A stretch of 63,257 nucleotides of DNA, the filler included, from Octopus bimaculoides (lineage: Eukaryota), in NCBI RefSeq assembly GCF_001194135.2. It is 11 parts of 9 records of this genome, joined end to end, with 100 filler letters (N's around TTAATTAATTAA, not from the genome) between each part and the next. Parts side by side here need not be neighbours in the genome. Positions count along the whole stretch, not along the records: positions 1 to 25,961 come from NC_068988.1; positions 26,062 to 28,363 come from NC_069010.1; positions 28,464 to 30,834 come from NC_068985.1; positions 30,935 to 34,331 come from NC_068981.1; positions 34,432 to 41,078 come from NC_068984.1; 6 more parts are not named here. One strand, given 5' to 3'. Under the pieces are notes generated by a model. The model was not told the origin of the DNA, made no database searches, and saw only the letters and a program-made list of their open reading frames with translations. Numbering within the stretch: the first letter of the stretch is position 1; every line of letters begins with the position of its first letter. Shown in pieces: positions 25,606-38,544 of the stretch. The translations under genes were made by a program, and so were the position numbers.

Positions 25606-25961
25606 CTAGCAGAAATACCCGGCGTTGCCCGGGTTAAAGAGAATAATGAAATCTAAAAACGCCGTCTAGACTACGCAACATCTTTATATATAGAGATGTA
25701 TATACACACACGCACCCAAACACACATATATATATGTATATCAATATAAATATATGAAAGTCAATGAAGTTTCGTAAAAGAAGGTGATCATGTACATACT
25801 TTTTTGCTGTTGTGATTATAACACCTCATTGTAAACTATGTTCCTTGTTTTCCCTTGTGGAGCATATACAAATAGGTTTTTTGTTGCTGCCCACTCTTGA
25901 GCAGCCAACATACAGTTGTCCATGTGAGAAGCAGGGCTCTTCCAAGAGAAGACCAGCTACA
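25606..25961 (-). mobile_element. Helitron 3' end with PIF1-like helicase C-terminus
   Basis: Minus strand LLLEEPCFSHGQLYVGCSRVGSNKNLFVYAPQGKTRNIVYNEVL*, then hairpin CCCGGGCAACGCCGGG and terminal CTAG followed by T. 5' part lost in gap. Confidence 0.9.
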
Positions 25962-26536
25962 NNNNNNNNNNNNNNNNNNNNNNNNNNNNNNNNNNNNNNN
26001 NNNNNTTAATTAATTAANNNNNNNNNNNNNNNNNNNNNNNNNNNNNNNNNNNNNNNNNNNNTGGTGGTGGTGGTGGTGGTGGTGGTGGTGGCGAAGAATG
26101 ATGATAAATAATGATAATGATGTCGATTATGATGATGATAATCATTTGAATTAAGTACCTTTATGTATTTTTGTATTTATATTTCCGTCAACCCAAACGT
26201 GACCAACTGGAAGAAGAAACGGTGAAATGGTGAAATCTGACTTCTGGTGGATTTGAACTCGGCTCCATACAGACCACGTGCAACTAAATACTGCGTAACT
26301 ATTAATTGCCATTCCCTCTACCAATTCGACCAAATATACTATGCGCACACATACACATATACACACACAGTTACGCTGACACACACACACACACACAAAT
26401 TCACACAGTCTTTCTCTCTCTCTCTCTCACACACACACAGTTACACTGACATACACACACACACAGATTCAGTCTTTCTCTCTTTCTCCCACACACACAC
26501 AGTAACACTGATACACACACACACAGATTCATACAG

Positions 26537-26568
<32 letters not shown>

Positions 26569-27339
26569 ACACACACAGTTACACTAACATACACACTCAT
26601 TCACACACACAGTCACTCACAAACATAGTTACATCCATACATACATGAACACACACCCCCACACTCACACACTCAAATACAACACATGCACAGTTACACG
26701 CAAAATCACACACACACAGTCACACATTCACATACACTCACACACATACATAGTCTCACATACACACACACACACATACACTGCCACACACAAACATACT
26801 CAGTTTCACAGTCACACATACACATTCACAGATTCAGTGACATACACAGAGAAACGCACACACACACACACTCACACACACCCACACACACCCACACACA
26901 TTACAAGAGGCCAAACGCTCTACCATCACAAGCAATCCTCTACTACATGGAGATAGTAGACAGATCATTGCGAGTCAGTTACTGTATCAATAGATCAATA
27001 TCATATATTTCTTTCACCTTTCGAACGTAAGCTGATCAATATTTTAACTGCAACTTAAAGTATTAACGTAGGAGGAAGGGGAGGCAAAAGAGAGGGAGGA
27101 GGAACAGGGCAAAAGTGAAAATGAAAGTGAAAGTAGAAGAAATGCGTGTCTGTATTTGTGTAAGTGTGTGTGGGGGCGTCTGAGTGTGTATTGGTGTATA
27201 TCTATATGTATATATGTGTGGGCGTGCATGTTAGTGTGTATTGATGTATGCACACATGTCCGCATATCTTTGTGTGTATGAGTGTGTGTGCATGTAACAG
27301 TGTGTGTATGTATGTTGGTGTATGTATGCATGTGTGTAT

Positions 27340-27460
27340 CTCTTAGGAAGGGCATCCAGCCATAGAAACCAAGCAAAATCAACCTGGTGCAACCCTCCAC
27401 CAGCTCTGGTCAAACCATCCAACCCATGCCAGCATAGACAACAGAATGATAATGATGATG
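27340..27460 (+). mobile_element. 3' part of a (GAT)n-tailed SINE/LINE-tail family (family C)
   Basis: GGAAGGGCATCCAGC..AACCCATGCCAGCAT..GATGATGAT. Other copies at 40835-40985(-), 55760-56040(+), 56045-56287(-). Confidence 0.7.
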
Positions 27461-27697
27461 ATGATATATATATATATATATTATACACACACACACATAT
27501 ATATATATACACACACAGACACACATATATATACACACACATATATATACACACACATATATACACACCTATATACACACCTATATATATATACACACCT
27601 ATATACACACCTATATATATATATATATATATATATAAATACACACACACATATATATACACACACACACATATATATATATACACACACACACACA

Positions 27698-27735
<38 letters not shown>

Positions 27736-27844
27736 GGGAGAGAAGCTAGTTTTCCTTAACAGTTCTAACAGAAGCCACAAATGATTGGCTGTTCTAAAAG
27801 ACACAGTTTCATTTTTCAGCTCATTAAACACCGTTGATCATACA

Positions 27845-27915
27845 TGTAAGTTGGTATAATGGTAGAACACTTATCACGAAAGCATAGAGGTATGGGTTCA
27901 AGTCCCATGCATACA
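27845..27915 (+). pseudogene. Degenerate tRNA-like sequence (GAA at anticodon position)
   Basis: Perfect T arm ATGGG-TTCAAGT-CCCAT and A-box-like TGGTATAATGG. Acceptor, D and anticodon stems imperfect; loop lacks U33. Confidence 0.4.
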
Positions 27916-28463
27916 AAAACCCCACATTTTCCTGTTGAGGGCTCATATGCCCCAATATTACACTATTTTCTTTAGTAAATACACCTGGATCACTTAAAAG
28001 CTTTAAGCTTATAAAATATTATTTTCAGCATTGAGAGAATTGTTACTCATCACAGCTTCTCAAGTCATCACAGAAAATGCATTCGTTAGTTTATATATGT
28101 ATATATATATTCTTTTATTCTTTTACTTGGTTCAGTCATTTGACTGCAGCCATGCTGGAGCACCACCATAAAGGGGTTTTTTTAGTCAAAGAAATCAACC
28201 CCCAGGATTTATTCTTTGTAAGCCTAGTACTTATTCTATCAGCCTCTTTTGCAGAACTGCTAAATTGCAGGGACGTAAACACACCAACATCGGTTGTCAA
28301 GCGATGGTGGAGTGACAAACACAGACACAAAGACACACATACACAATATAAATATATATATATNNNNNNNNNNNNNNNNNNNNNNNNNNNNNNNNNNNNN
28401 NNNNNNNTTAATTAATTAANNNNNNNNNNNNNNNNNNNNNNNNNNNNNNNNNNNNNNNNNNNN

Positions 28464-28504
<41 letters not shown>

Positions 28505-28922
28505 TATACATTAGAAATAGGAATGATGAGTAGCTTTTCATAATGCCGAAAATAAATTTAATAACCTTTATATATTTCAGACACAAAGGCCCACCATCAG
28601 ATAAAGTGGTGGCACCACCACTTTCACAAATGCCACAGAGTTGCAGTCTGAACCACAACCAGCATAGCCAATATCTAAATAGACCAAGATATCTTGACTG
28701 TTTATGGCTGATGATGGGTGTTGTGCCAAAAATATTATAAAGTCCATTAAACTTATTCCTTTTTTTACATTGTAAGCAGTTCTCCATTTTTACTATCTTA
28801 CTTCTTCATCACAAGGTTTCAAGTAGGTGACAACACTCATCTTATATATGTATGTGCTTGTGTATAACTATATGTTTATGTATAAAAATATTAGTGTGTG
28901 TGTATTGATATATATATATATA

Positions 28923-29016
28923 CAGTGGTTGGACAAAATAATGGAAACACCTACTCCATATTAAGATAAATTTGTTTGAAATTTTAAGATATTTCCATTA
29001 TTTTGTCCAACCCCTT
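28923..29016. mobile_element. Tc1-like MITE
   Basis: TA-flanked; left TIR CAGTGGTTGGACAAAATAATGGAAA inverted at the right end (TTTCCATTATTTTGTCCAACC). Confidence 0.75.
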
Positions 29017-29323
29017 TATATATATATATATATCCAAAAAAGTCAACACAAAATCTAGAAACAATTAACAGAAAAGGACAAAAGGAAATAAACATGGAAA
29101 TCCTCTCATCAGCCATGGAGACCAGACTCATCACAGTTTCAATGCTTTTAAATTCTAAAGTCTGTAAGTTCCATGGTACTGTACCCCTGGTTGTACCAGT
29201 AATATAGGATATATAACTGAGATGATGGACAAACAAGGGCTGAAAATAATGGACAGCAATATACGAGTGAAACAGATAAAAGAAAACTACAGACAGAAAC
29301 AATAAAAAAATTAACAAAAGAGG

Positions 29324-29367
<44 letters not shown>

Positions 29368-29719
29368 ATAGATGGATAGAAGTAAATATATATGTATGTG
29401 TGTATAAACACACATGCACACACAATAGAACCACTTGGTTTTATGATATGTCGCTCTGTATTTGTGTCTGTTAATGTTTACACTCTGCAAACATATGAAA
29501 TTGCTGAGCTACAGCCAGCATTCTCTGTTCTCACTCCTGTATCAATAAAGTTTTTGGCAGTTCTGTGCTACCAAAAGAGAGGTGGAATGTAAAATATATT
29601 AGGTTTAGCAGCAGGAAGTTCATGCAGCTATGAAATGCCTTAATACCATATATTCATGTAACCCATGCTAGCTTAGCAAAACCAGGTGTACAACAAATAA
29701 ACAAATATATCTCACACAT

Positions 29720-29757
<38 letters not shown>

Positions 29758-30163
29758 AAGGCAGCAAGCTGGCAGAATCATTAGCACACTAATGCTAGTG
29801 ACATTTCATCCTCCTTTCTTTTACTTTCTGAGTTCAAATTCCATTGTAGTTGATTTTGCTTTACATCCTTTCAGTGTTGATAAAATAAACACTAGTTGAG
29901 CACTGGAGGCAGTGTAATCAACTTAACATACCACTCCTAAAATTACTGGCCTTGTGCCACAATTTGTTTGTAATCATTATTATTATTATTAATATTTAAT
30001 ATTTATATTCTGGCTGTGTGGTAAATAGCTTGCTTACCAGCCAAATGGTTCAAGGTTCAGTCCCACTGCATGGCACCTTGGGCAGGTGTCTTCTACTATA
30101 GCCTCAGGCCAATCAAAGCCTTGTGAGTGGATTTGGTAGTCAAAAACTGAAAGAATCCCATTG

Positions 30164-30207
<44 letters not shown>

Positions 30208-30761
30208 TGTATCTGTGTTTGTGCTCCCAACATCGCTTGACAACCGATGCTGGTGTGTTTATGTCTCCATAACTTAGCAGTTCAGCAAAAGTGACCGATA
30301 GAATACGTACTAGGCTTACAGAGAATAAGTCCTGGGGTCTACTTGCTCAACTAAAGGTGGTGCTCCAGCAAGGCTGCAGTCAAATGACTGATACAAGTAA
30401 AAGAATAAAAGACTAATGTAATTCTTATCCTGCAATGAAACATGTGTAACATGGAATTAAAGATACACCAAATTTTCCTTTTGTTTTAATATATACTTAC
30501 TCTGCAGATATTATTATTCACCTGGACATTCAACTGGTATTCTTTTTTTTTAAATACTTGTTTCAGTCATTTGGCCTCAGCCATGCTGGAGCACTGCCTT
30601 AAAGGGTTTTAGTTGAAGAAATCGACTTCAGGACTTATTCTTTGTAAACCTAGTACTTATTCTATCGGTCTCTTTTGCCAAACTATTAAGTTAAGGGAAG
30701 ATAAACACACCAACATCAGTTGTCAAGTGATGGTGCAGGGCAAACACAGACGCACATGGAC

Positions 30762-30834
<73 letters not shown>

Positions 30835-31541
30835 NNNNNNNNNNNNNNNNNNNNNNNNNNNNNNNNNNNNNNNNNNNNTTAATTAATTAANNNNNNNNNN
30901 NNNNNNNNNNNNNNNNNNNNNNNNNNNNNNNNNNATATATAGGATACTGTTATAAAATATGAAGTCCTTAGAGTAGCTTGAACAAGTCTTAACTGGCTTC
31001 TTTAGTTTAGACTATTTTTAAACAGAATTCTTCCTTTTAAATCCTAGGATATTGTATGCCGCGACTGCTAAACTACTTTTGCAGTTATTTACTTGGAATT
31101 AAAACCAGCGTTTAAAATAAATATCCGTTATTTTTCGGTCTAGATTTCATTTAATTTTACATTCTGTATTTACATGGGTATAAAAATATATTAGCCAAGC
31201 TTAGTTATTAGTAAGCCGACGGATTAGAACGCAAATCAGCTGGTTTCACTCGCTGTTTTGGCGTGATCATACCAAATCTAATCTCTAATTTGTGAAATAG
31301 TTTTACACGCTTTAGTTTTATGTAGGCAACCATTTAACTAATTAATCGTAAAGGAATTTTTTAATACTATATTTTTAATGGTCTTAATTCATTTATTTAT
31401 GTTTTTATTTTTCGTTCATAAAATTACTCTGGCATTTAATTGCGCTATTTCAAATATTGAATATCCTAGAAATGCTAGCATACAGAAATTTGACACATAC
31501 AGGTGGATGGAGTTGTTTATTCTTTGTTTTTAAATATTCCA

Positions 31542-32366
31542 TAGACGTGGCTGTGGGGTAAGAAGTTTACTTCTCAACCACATGGTTTTGAGTTCAGTCC
31601 TATTGTATGGCACCTTGGGCAAGTGTCTTCTACTATAGCCACGGGCAGACCGAACACTTGTCCGTGTATTTGATAGACGGAAACCGAAAGAAGTGTGTGT
31701 GCGCGCGTGTTTCTGTCGTTTTGTCTTCCATTTCCGCTTGAGAACTGGTATCGGTGAGTTTACATGTCCGTAAATTAGCAGTTCGGCAAAAGAGACCAAT
31801 AGAGTAAGTAGCTGGCTCAAAAAAGGAAAGAAAAGAAGTACTGAGGATAGTTCGTTTGACTAAAATTCTTCAAGGCGCTGCCCAAGCATGGCCGCAGTCT
31901 AATGACTGAAACAAGTAAAAGGTAAAAGAAAGCTAAATGGTAAGACCTTATCTCTTTTTTCTTTTACTTGTTTCAGTCATTTGACTGAGGCCATGCTGGA
32001 GCACCACCTTTAGTCAAAGAAATCGACCCCAGGACTTATGGTTTGTAAGCCTAGTACTTATTTTATCGGTTTCTTTTTGCCGAACCGCTCAGTTACGGAG
32101 ACGTAAACACACCAGCATCGGTTGTCAAACGATGCTGGGGGAGACAAACACAGACACACAAACATATACACACATACATATATACATAAATATACATGTA
32201 CACGACGGGCTTCTTTCAGTTTCCGTCTACCAAATCCACTCACAGGGCTCTGGTCGGCTCGAGACTATAGCAGAAGACACTTGCCCAAGGTGCCACGCAG
32301 TGGGACTGAACCCGGAGCCAGGTGGTTGGTAAACAAGCTACTTACCTCACAGCCACTCCTGCATCT
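31542..32366. mobile_element. Tail-to-tail pair of family A SINEs
   Basis: 31542-31930 on +, 31958-32366 on -. Forms a large imperfect inverted repeat. Confidence 0.85.
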
Positions 32367-32844
32367 ATAACACCTTAACACAGAAATATTTAAGTTAGAA
32401 CTTCAATCAATGCATACTAACCTTTACTATTGGTGCTCCTTTCAAAGAGCTTTCATTCATATAACTGTATCAGAGAAAAGGCGCAAATATAAAATCCTGA
32501 CCTCTCGATTCTGCTTCTCGAATTTCTAGAAAAAACAACAACATGAACATATGTTTTTGACTTTGACTAAATACTGTGCCATATACAAATTCTTACAATT
32601 TTTTCTTTTATCCATATATTATGCATATACTGTCAAACATCATGTTTTAGAGTTTTTTTTTTTCTTATCCCTTTTTCTTTTTGCATATAAATGAAAGCTG
32701 AATAAGTATCATGAATTTGTGTGATAGTCATTTTCTCTGTAAATTTCACATTTATCACTATTTTAACCCGATGCAGATGCAGTAGTCGATTCTTATGACT
32801 CACTCAGACAAAATAACTACGTAAAATTATTATATTTATTTCTA

Positions 32845-33336
32845 AGGCAGCGAACTGGCAGAATCGCTAGCACACGAGGCAAAATACAATTTGGTATTTT
32901 GTACGTCTTTACGTTCTGAGTTCATATTCCATTGAGGTCGACTTTGCCTTTCATCCTTTCGGAGTCAATAAATCAAGTACCAGTGAAACACTGGGTAAGT
33001 CGATGTAATCGACTTACCTCCTCCCCCGAAAAAAATATCGGGCCTTGCGCCTAGAGCAGAAAAGAATATAAGATGGTGAGCTGACAGAAATGTTAGCAAG
33101 CCGGGCGAAATGCTTAGCGGTATTTCGTTTGCCGTTACGTTTTGAGTTCAAATTCCACTGAGGTCGACTTTGCTTTCATCCTTTCGAGGTCAATTAAATA
33201 AGTACCAGTTACACACTGGAGTCGATGTAATCGACTTAATCTCTTTGTTTGTCCCCTCTATGTTTAGCCGCTTGTGGGCAATAAAGAAATAAGAAACCTT
33301 ACCATGCCGGGTGAAATGCTTAGCGGTATTTCGTCT
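32845..33336 (+). mobile_element. Tandem copies of a second tRNA-derived SINE (family B)
   Basis: GAGCTGGCAGAA..GAAATGCTTAGCGGTATTTCG..GAGTTCAAATTCC..GAGGTCGACTTTGCCTTTCATCCTTTCG..GATAAATTAAGTACCAG. Other copies e.g. 5100, 5570, 24190, 29757, 36151-36382, 45200, 53780, 56390, 58926-59475. Confidence 0.85.
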
Positions 33337-33542
33337 GTGTGACACTGGTTGAAATGCTTAGCGGTGTAACGTCTCCGTGAGTTTGGATCTATTAGTAATT
33401 ATTTGAGTACGTTTATATAGTAAGTGCAAGTTTCTATTGACTGTTCTTGTGTTATTTCCTGTTATAATTATTTGTGTTATTGTCTTCGTTCGAAAACTAT
33501 TGTGTATTCTCCCCTGTTGGGGAGACATTAATCGCTGGCAAG

Positions 33543-34331
33543 ATGCCGAATAGTGTATCTTCGTCTGGCGAAGAGTCAACTGATGGAAAAAATATTGAAA
33601 GTTTATTGTTTGGAGATGTTTCAGATTCTTCTGAAGGTGAACCGCCAAAACCAACAAATTCTACTGTGAAAAGCCTTCAAACAGAAGGAAAACAAAAAAG
33701 AAGTTTTGCGTCGGCGGCTGGAGGTGGAACCCGTCAGCTGTCGACAAACAAAAGCGACCTACGAATGTACAAAGACATGATTACAATTCAAGACGGTGTT
33801 GTCAAGATTCAACCCCCAGAGGATTATTTATTGTCGGAAAAAAAGAAAACCATCATATACAAGACATACTGTAAAAAAGAAAGAAGAATTGAGCGAGTAA
33901 GCGAGGAGAGAATGGAAAAAGGTTTGAAATCCATCTGGCAAGATATCATATATCTGACCAGAGGTAAGAAATTTGGTACCATCGAGGTACAACTAAAAAA
34001 TATTGAAACGGCACAGATGCACTCGATAAATTCATTGGAAACAGAAGATTTAATTCTAATACCTATATACATGGGTATGAGGACTGCCAACATACGAATA
34101 ACAAAGGTCCCTCCTAAAGTCGACCCTATGTGGTTGATGGCGGCGGTCCTGGCAAAGAAGGTAAATGAAGTGAATATACTTCAGGCTATCGTCACCGAAA
34201 AAACATATTGGATCGGCCACACGGTCCACTTATTAATTCAAGAACAGGCTGTAATTGAACAACTTCCAGAAAAAATAGAAGTTGGGGAGGAATTGTTCCT
34301 CAACGTTTTTGTCGAGGGGCGTAAACCCCGA
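33543..34331 (+). CDS. LINE ORF1p (gag-like; L1/Tx1-type), truncated by assembly gap
   Basis: 263 uninterrupted codons from ATG (MPNSVSSSGEES..KRSFASAAGG..IRITKVPP..LNVFVEGRKPR). Ends where a CCHC knuckle usually follows in such ORF1 proteins; ~200-nt 5' leader. Confidence 0.7.
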
Positions 34332-34613
34332 NNNNNNNNNNNNNNNNNNNNNNNNNNNNNNNNNNNNNNNNNNNNTTAATTAATTAANNNNNNNNNNNNN
34401 NNNNNNNNNNNNNNNNNNNNNNNNNNNNNNNTATATATATATGCATAATATATATATATATATATATATTTACACAGGCACATGTATACACACGTATACA
34501 CACACACATACATATATACTCATATAGATGAATATATGTGCATATGCTTGTATGACTTCATTCACAGATAGACAGTCAGGCAGACAGGCCCAGAAGCAGT
34601 CAGGTAGAAAAAT

Positions 34614-34663
<50 letters not shown>

Positions 34664-35034
34664 GGATGGATGGATGGATGGATGGATTGTGAATGAAATT
34701 TTTGAAAGAGGGAGTGGAAAAATCAAAAGACAGGCTAAGAAAGTGAGCTAAGAAAGTGAGATAGAAAGTGTGAAGGAAATAATGTGAAAGAATGAGAGAG
34801 AAAGAAGATGTTTATATATATATTCATTTATTCGTTTCAGTCATTTGACTGTGGCCATGCTAGAGCACCACCTTTAGTCGAAAAAATCAAACCCGGAACT
34901 TATTCTTTGTAAGCCTAGTGCTTATTCTATCGGTCTCTTTACCAAACCGCTAAGTTACGGGGACGTAAACACACCAGCATCGGTTGTCAAGCAATGCAGG
35001 CCGGGGGGGGGGGCAGAAATAGACACACAAACAT

Positions 35035-35068
<34 letters not shown>

Positions 35069-35237
35069 GTATATACGAAGGGCTTTTTTCAGTTTTCGCC
35101 TACCAAATCCACTCACAAGGCTTTGGTCGGCCCGATGCTATAGTAGAAGACACTTGCCCAAGGTGCCATGCAGTGGTACTGAACCCAGAGCCATGTGGTT
35201 GGTAAGCAAGCTACTTACCACACTGCTATGCCTGCGC

Positions 35238-35276
<39 letters not shown>

Positions 35277-37558
35277 GTATATACGAAGGGCTTTTTTCAG
35301 TTTTCGCCTACCAAATCCACTCACAAGGCTTTGGTCNNNNNNNNNNNNNNNNNNNNNNNNNNNNNNNNNNNNNNNNNNNNNNNNNNNNNNNNNNNNNNNN
35401 NNNNNNNNNNNNNNNNNNNNNNNNNNNNNTATATATATATATATATATATATATATGTGGTAAGTAGACATTGTTTTTTTAAATAGATGTAGAGAAAGAG
35501 AGGAAAAGTGACCAAAAGATTAAATATTAAAATAACAAGAGAATTAGAGAAAAGAAATATTAGAAAAGGAGGAAGAGAAGCAGAGAGTGAGGAATGAGGA
35601 GAGGGGAAAAAAATGAAAGAGTGAAAAGCAAAGCACTTGCTATAATGTGAAAATAAAGAAAAGCAAGACAAGAGATAATGAGGGAGGTTGAAAGAGGGTG
35701 GGAAAAAGTGGTAGAAAGAATGAAACATTGTGAAACAGGGAAGAGTGGGAAAATATGAGAAAAGGAGGAAAGGAAAGAAGAGGTGGAGGAGAAATGAAGG
35801 TAAGAAAGAAGTTTAGAATGTGGCTGGACAAAGAATAACTGCAAGGAAAGAAGCAGAAAAGCGGACTAAGTGAAACAGAGAAATAGTGAGAGAAAGAAAA
35901 GATGAAAGAGTATGAAAGAAAAGTGATATAGAAAATGAGAAAGAGTGAGTTGGAAACAGAGCAGGACAAATAGCAAGGGAAAGAGAAAAAGAAAAGAATA
36001 AAAGAACAGAGAGAAAGAAAAAAAAGAAAAAGATAAAGGAAACATTAGAGTGAAAACAGCTTTAAAAAGAGTGAGTTAAAGAGGGAGAGGGGGAGAGAGA
36101 GAGGGAGGCAGATAAGATAAGGGGTAAAAAGGGAAGAATGAAACAAGTGTTATTTCTTTACTACCCACAAGGGGCTACACACAGAGGGGACAAACAAGGA
36201 CAGACAAACGGATTAAGTCGATTATATCGACCCCAGTGCGTAACTGGTACTTATTTAATCGACCCCGAAAAGATGAAAGGCAAAGTCGACCTCGGCGAAA
36301 TTTGAACTCAGAATGTAGCGGCAGACGAAATACCACAAAGCATTTCGGCCGGCGTGATAACGTTTCTGCTAGCTTGCCGCCTTTGTGAAGAATGAAACAA
36401 GTGTGATTGAAAGTGCAATAGGGAGAGGTATGAGAAAAAGAGCAAAGGAGAAGGATAACAAAAGAAAGTAAACGTAGCAAAAAGAGAAAATGTATAAAAG
36501 GACTGAAAGCTCAAGCAAAGTAGAGTAGGAGAACAAAAAAAAACAGACTGAGGAAGGAAGAAAGAAAGAACGTGATAGCAGCAAAATACGAATGGGGTAA
36601 AAGTTGAAGAGGTGGGGCGGAAATGGAAATAAGTAGTCATTTACAACTTAGGGATTAGTCTGTATCCATGCTAGGGAATTGCCTTCAAAAATTTTAATTG
36701 AACACATTAACCCTAGTACTTATACCACTTTGGTACTTCTTTTTAACAATCTTTGTATAAGTTACAGGTCTTAACAGAATGCTACATAAACAACAACAAT
36801 GGCTTTCAGGCTAGTGTAAACAAACACAGACACACATACACATATATATTTAACTTATATAGTGATGTAATATCATCAGTTGAGGAATTATCTGATGAAG
36901 AACTAAATACAAATCATAAAGTTAAGTATTTACATTTTATACAATACAAAACAACAAAAAAAAACTTGGGTGACTTATTGATAAAGTTTCACCAAGGGTG
37001 GCTTGTTCAAGGTATTTCAGCCAACTACTCCCAGCAAAATTTATTACTCACTGATAATTAATCTCTGCTCTCTTCAAAAAGATGTGGCTTTAGTTTCAGT
37101 CCCACTATACAGCTCATTAGGTTTGTGCCTCTAATTAAAGGCCCGAGCCAACCGACACCTTCTGAATGAATTTGGTAGACAAAATCTGTGTTAAGGCCCA
37201 ATATATATGTGTGTTTGTGTATGTTTGTGTGTAGGTGTGTGTGTGTTTGTGTGTATGTGTGTGTGTTTGTATGTGTGCATGTGTGAGTGCATGTGTGTGT
37301 GCATGTGTGTGAGCATGTGTATGTATTTATGTTTGTACTTCATACTACTTCACAACTGATAATCATACAACACTGTTACTTGGTAGTTCAGCAAAAAGAT
37401 ACTGATAGAATGTATACCAGAATTTAAAACAAATATTGGGGTCAGGTTGTGTGACTAAACCCTTCAAGGCAGTTCTTCAGTAAGGCTGCACTCTAATGAG
37501 TGATACAAGTAAAAGAGTAAGGGTATATCTATAAATACATACATATATATATATATAT

Positions 37559-37601
<43 letters not shown>

Positions 37602-37849
37602 CATATGTATATATGTGTATATAAGTGTACATATATATGTATATACATGTGTGTGTGTGTATATATATAGATAGATAGATACATACACACACACACATAC
37701 ACACATGCAATGGGCTTCAACACAGTTCCTGTCTACTAAATTTCACTCACAACATGCAGGTCAAACTGACATGACAGTAGAAGATACTTGCCCAACTGCT
37801 GCACAATGAGATCAAACCCAGAACCACATGGTTGCAAACAAACTTCATA

Positions 37850-38506
37850 TCCAGGAAGAAAGATTTGAAAATGAAAAAGTGTGATAGGAAAATATGAAAT
37901 TACAAAGAGAAACGGATAAGGAGGAGGAGGAGGGTGGAGGATTGAGAAGGGAAATGAAGAATGGAAAAAGAAATGGAAAAGTAAGGGGAAAAGAGAAGAA
38001 AGAAATAGAAAGAGATGGAGATAAAAAAAAAAATAGAGAAAGGGAAAATTCTGCAGAGAAACGGTAAGAAAGAAAGAAAGAAACACAGAAATATAATGTG
38101 AGGAAGGAAGGAAGGGAGAGAATGAGAAAACAAAGAGAGGGGTGGGTGCAATGAGAAAGGGAAAGAGATCTTGTATGTAAGAGGAAGGAAGGAAAGTGTG
38201 GTAATTGAAGAGAGAGAGAGAGAATGAGAGAGAGAGAGAATGAGAGAGAGAGAGAATGAGAGAGAGAGAGAATGAGAGAGAGATGGAGAGGGAGAGAGAT
38301 GGAGAGATAGAGAATTAGAGAGAGGGAATGAGAGAGAGGGAATGAGAGAGAGGGAATGAGAGAGAGGGAATGAGAGAGAGATGGAGAGAGAGAATGAGAG
38401 AATGGAGGGATGAGAAAAAGAGAATCAAAATTTAAAGAAGAAATAGTGAGGAGAATGAAAGAAAGAAATAGAAGAAATAGAGTANNNNNNNNNNTGAAAT
38501 GGTGGG

Positions 38507-38544
<38 letters not shown>

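Noticed and set aside
31020-31300. AT-rich segment as a possible NUMT
   Set aside because: Only a fleeting resemblance to an rRNA motif; no sustained mitochondrial gene similarity.
35042-35336. Exact tandem duplication of a SINE segment
   Set aside because: Identical copy ends at a gap; likely unmerged contig overlap.
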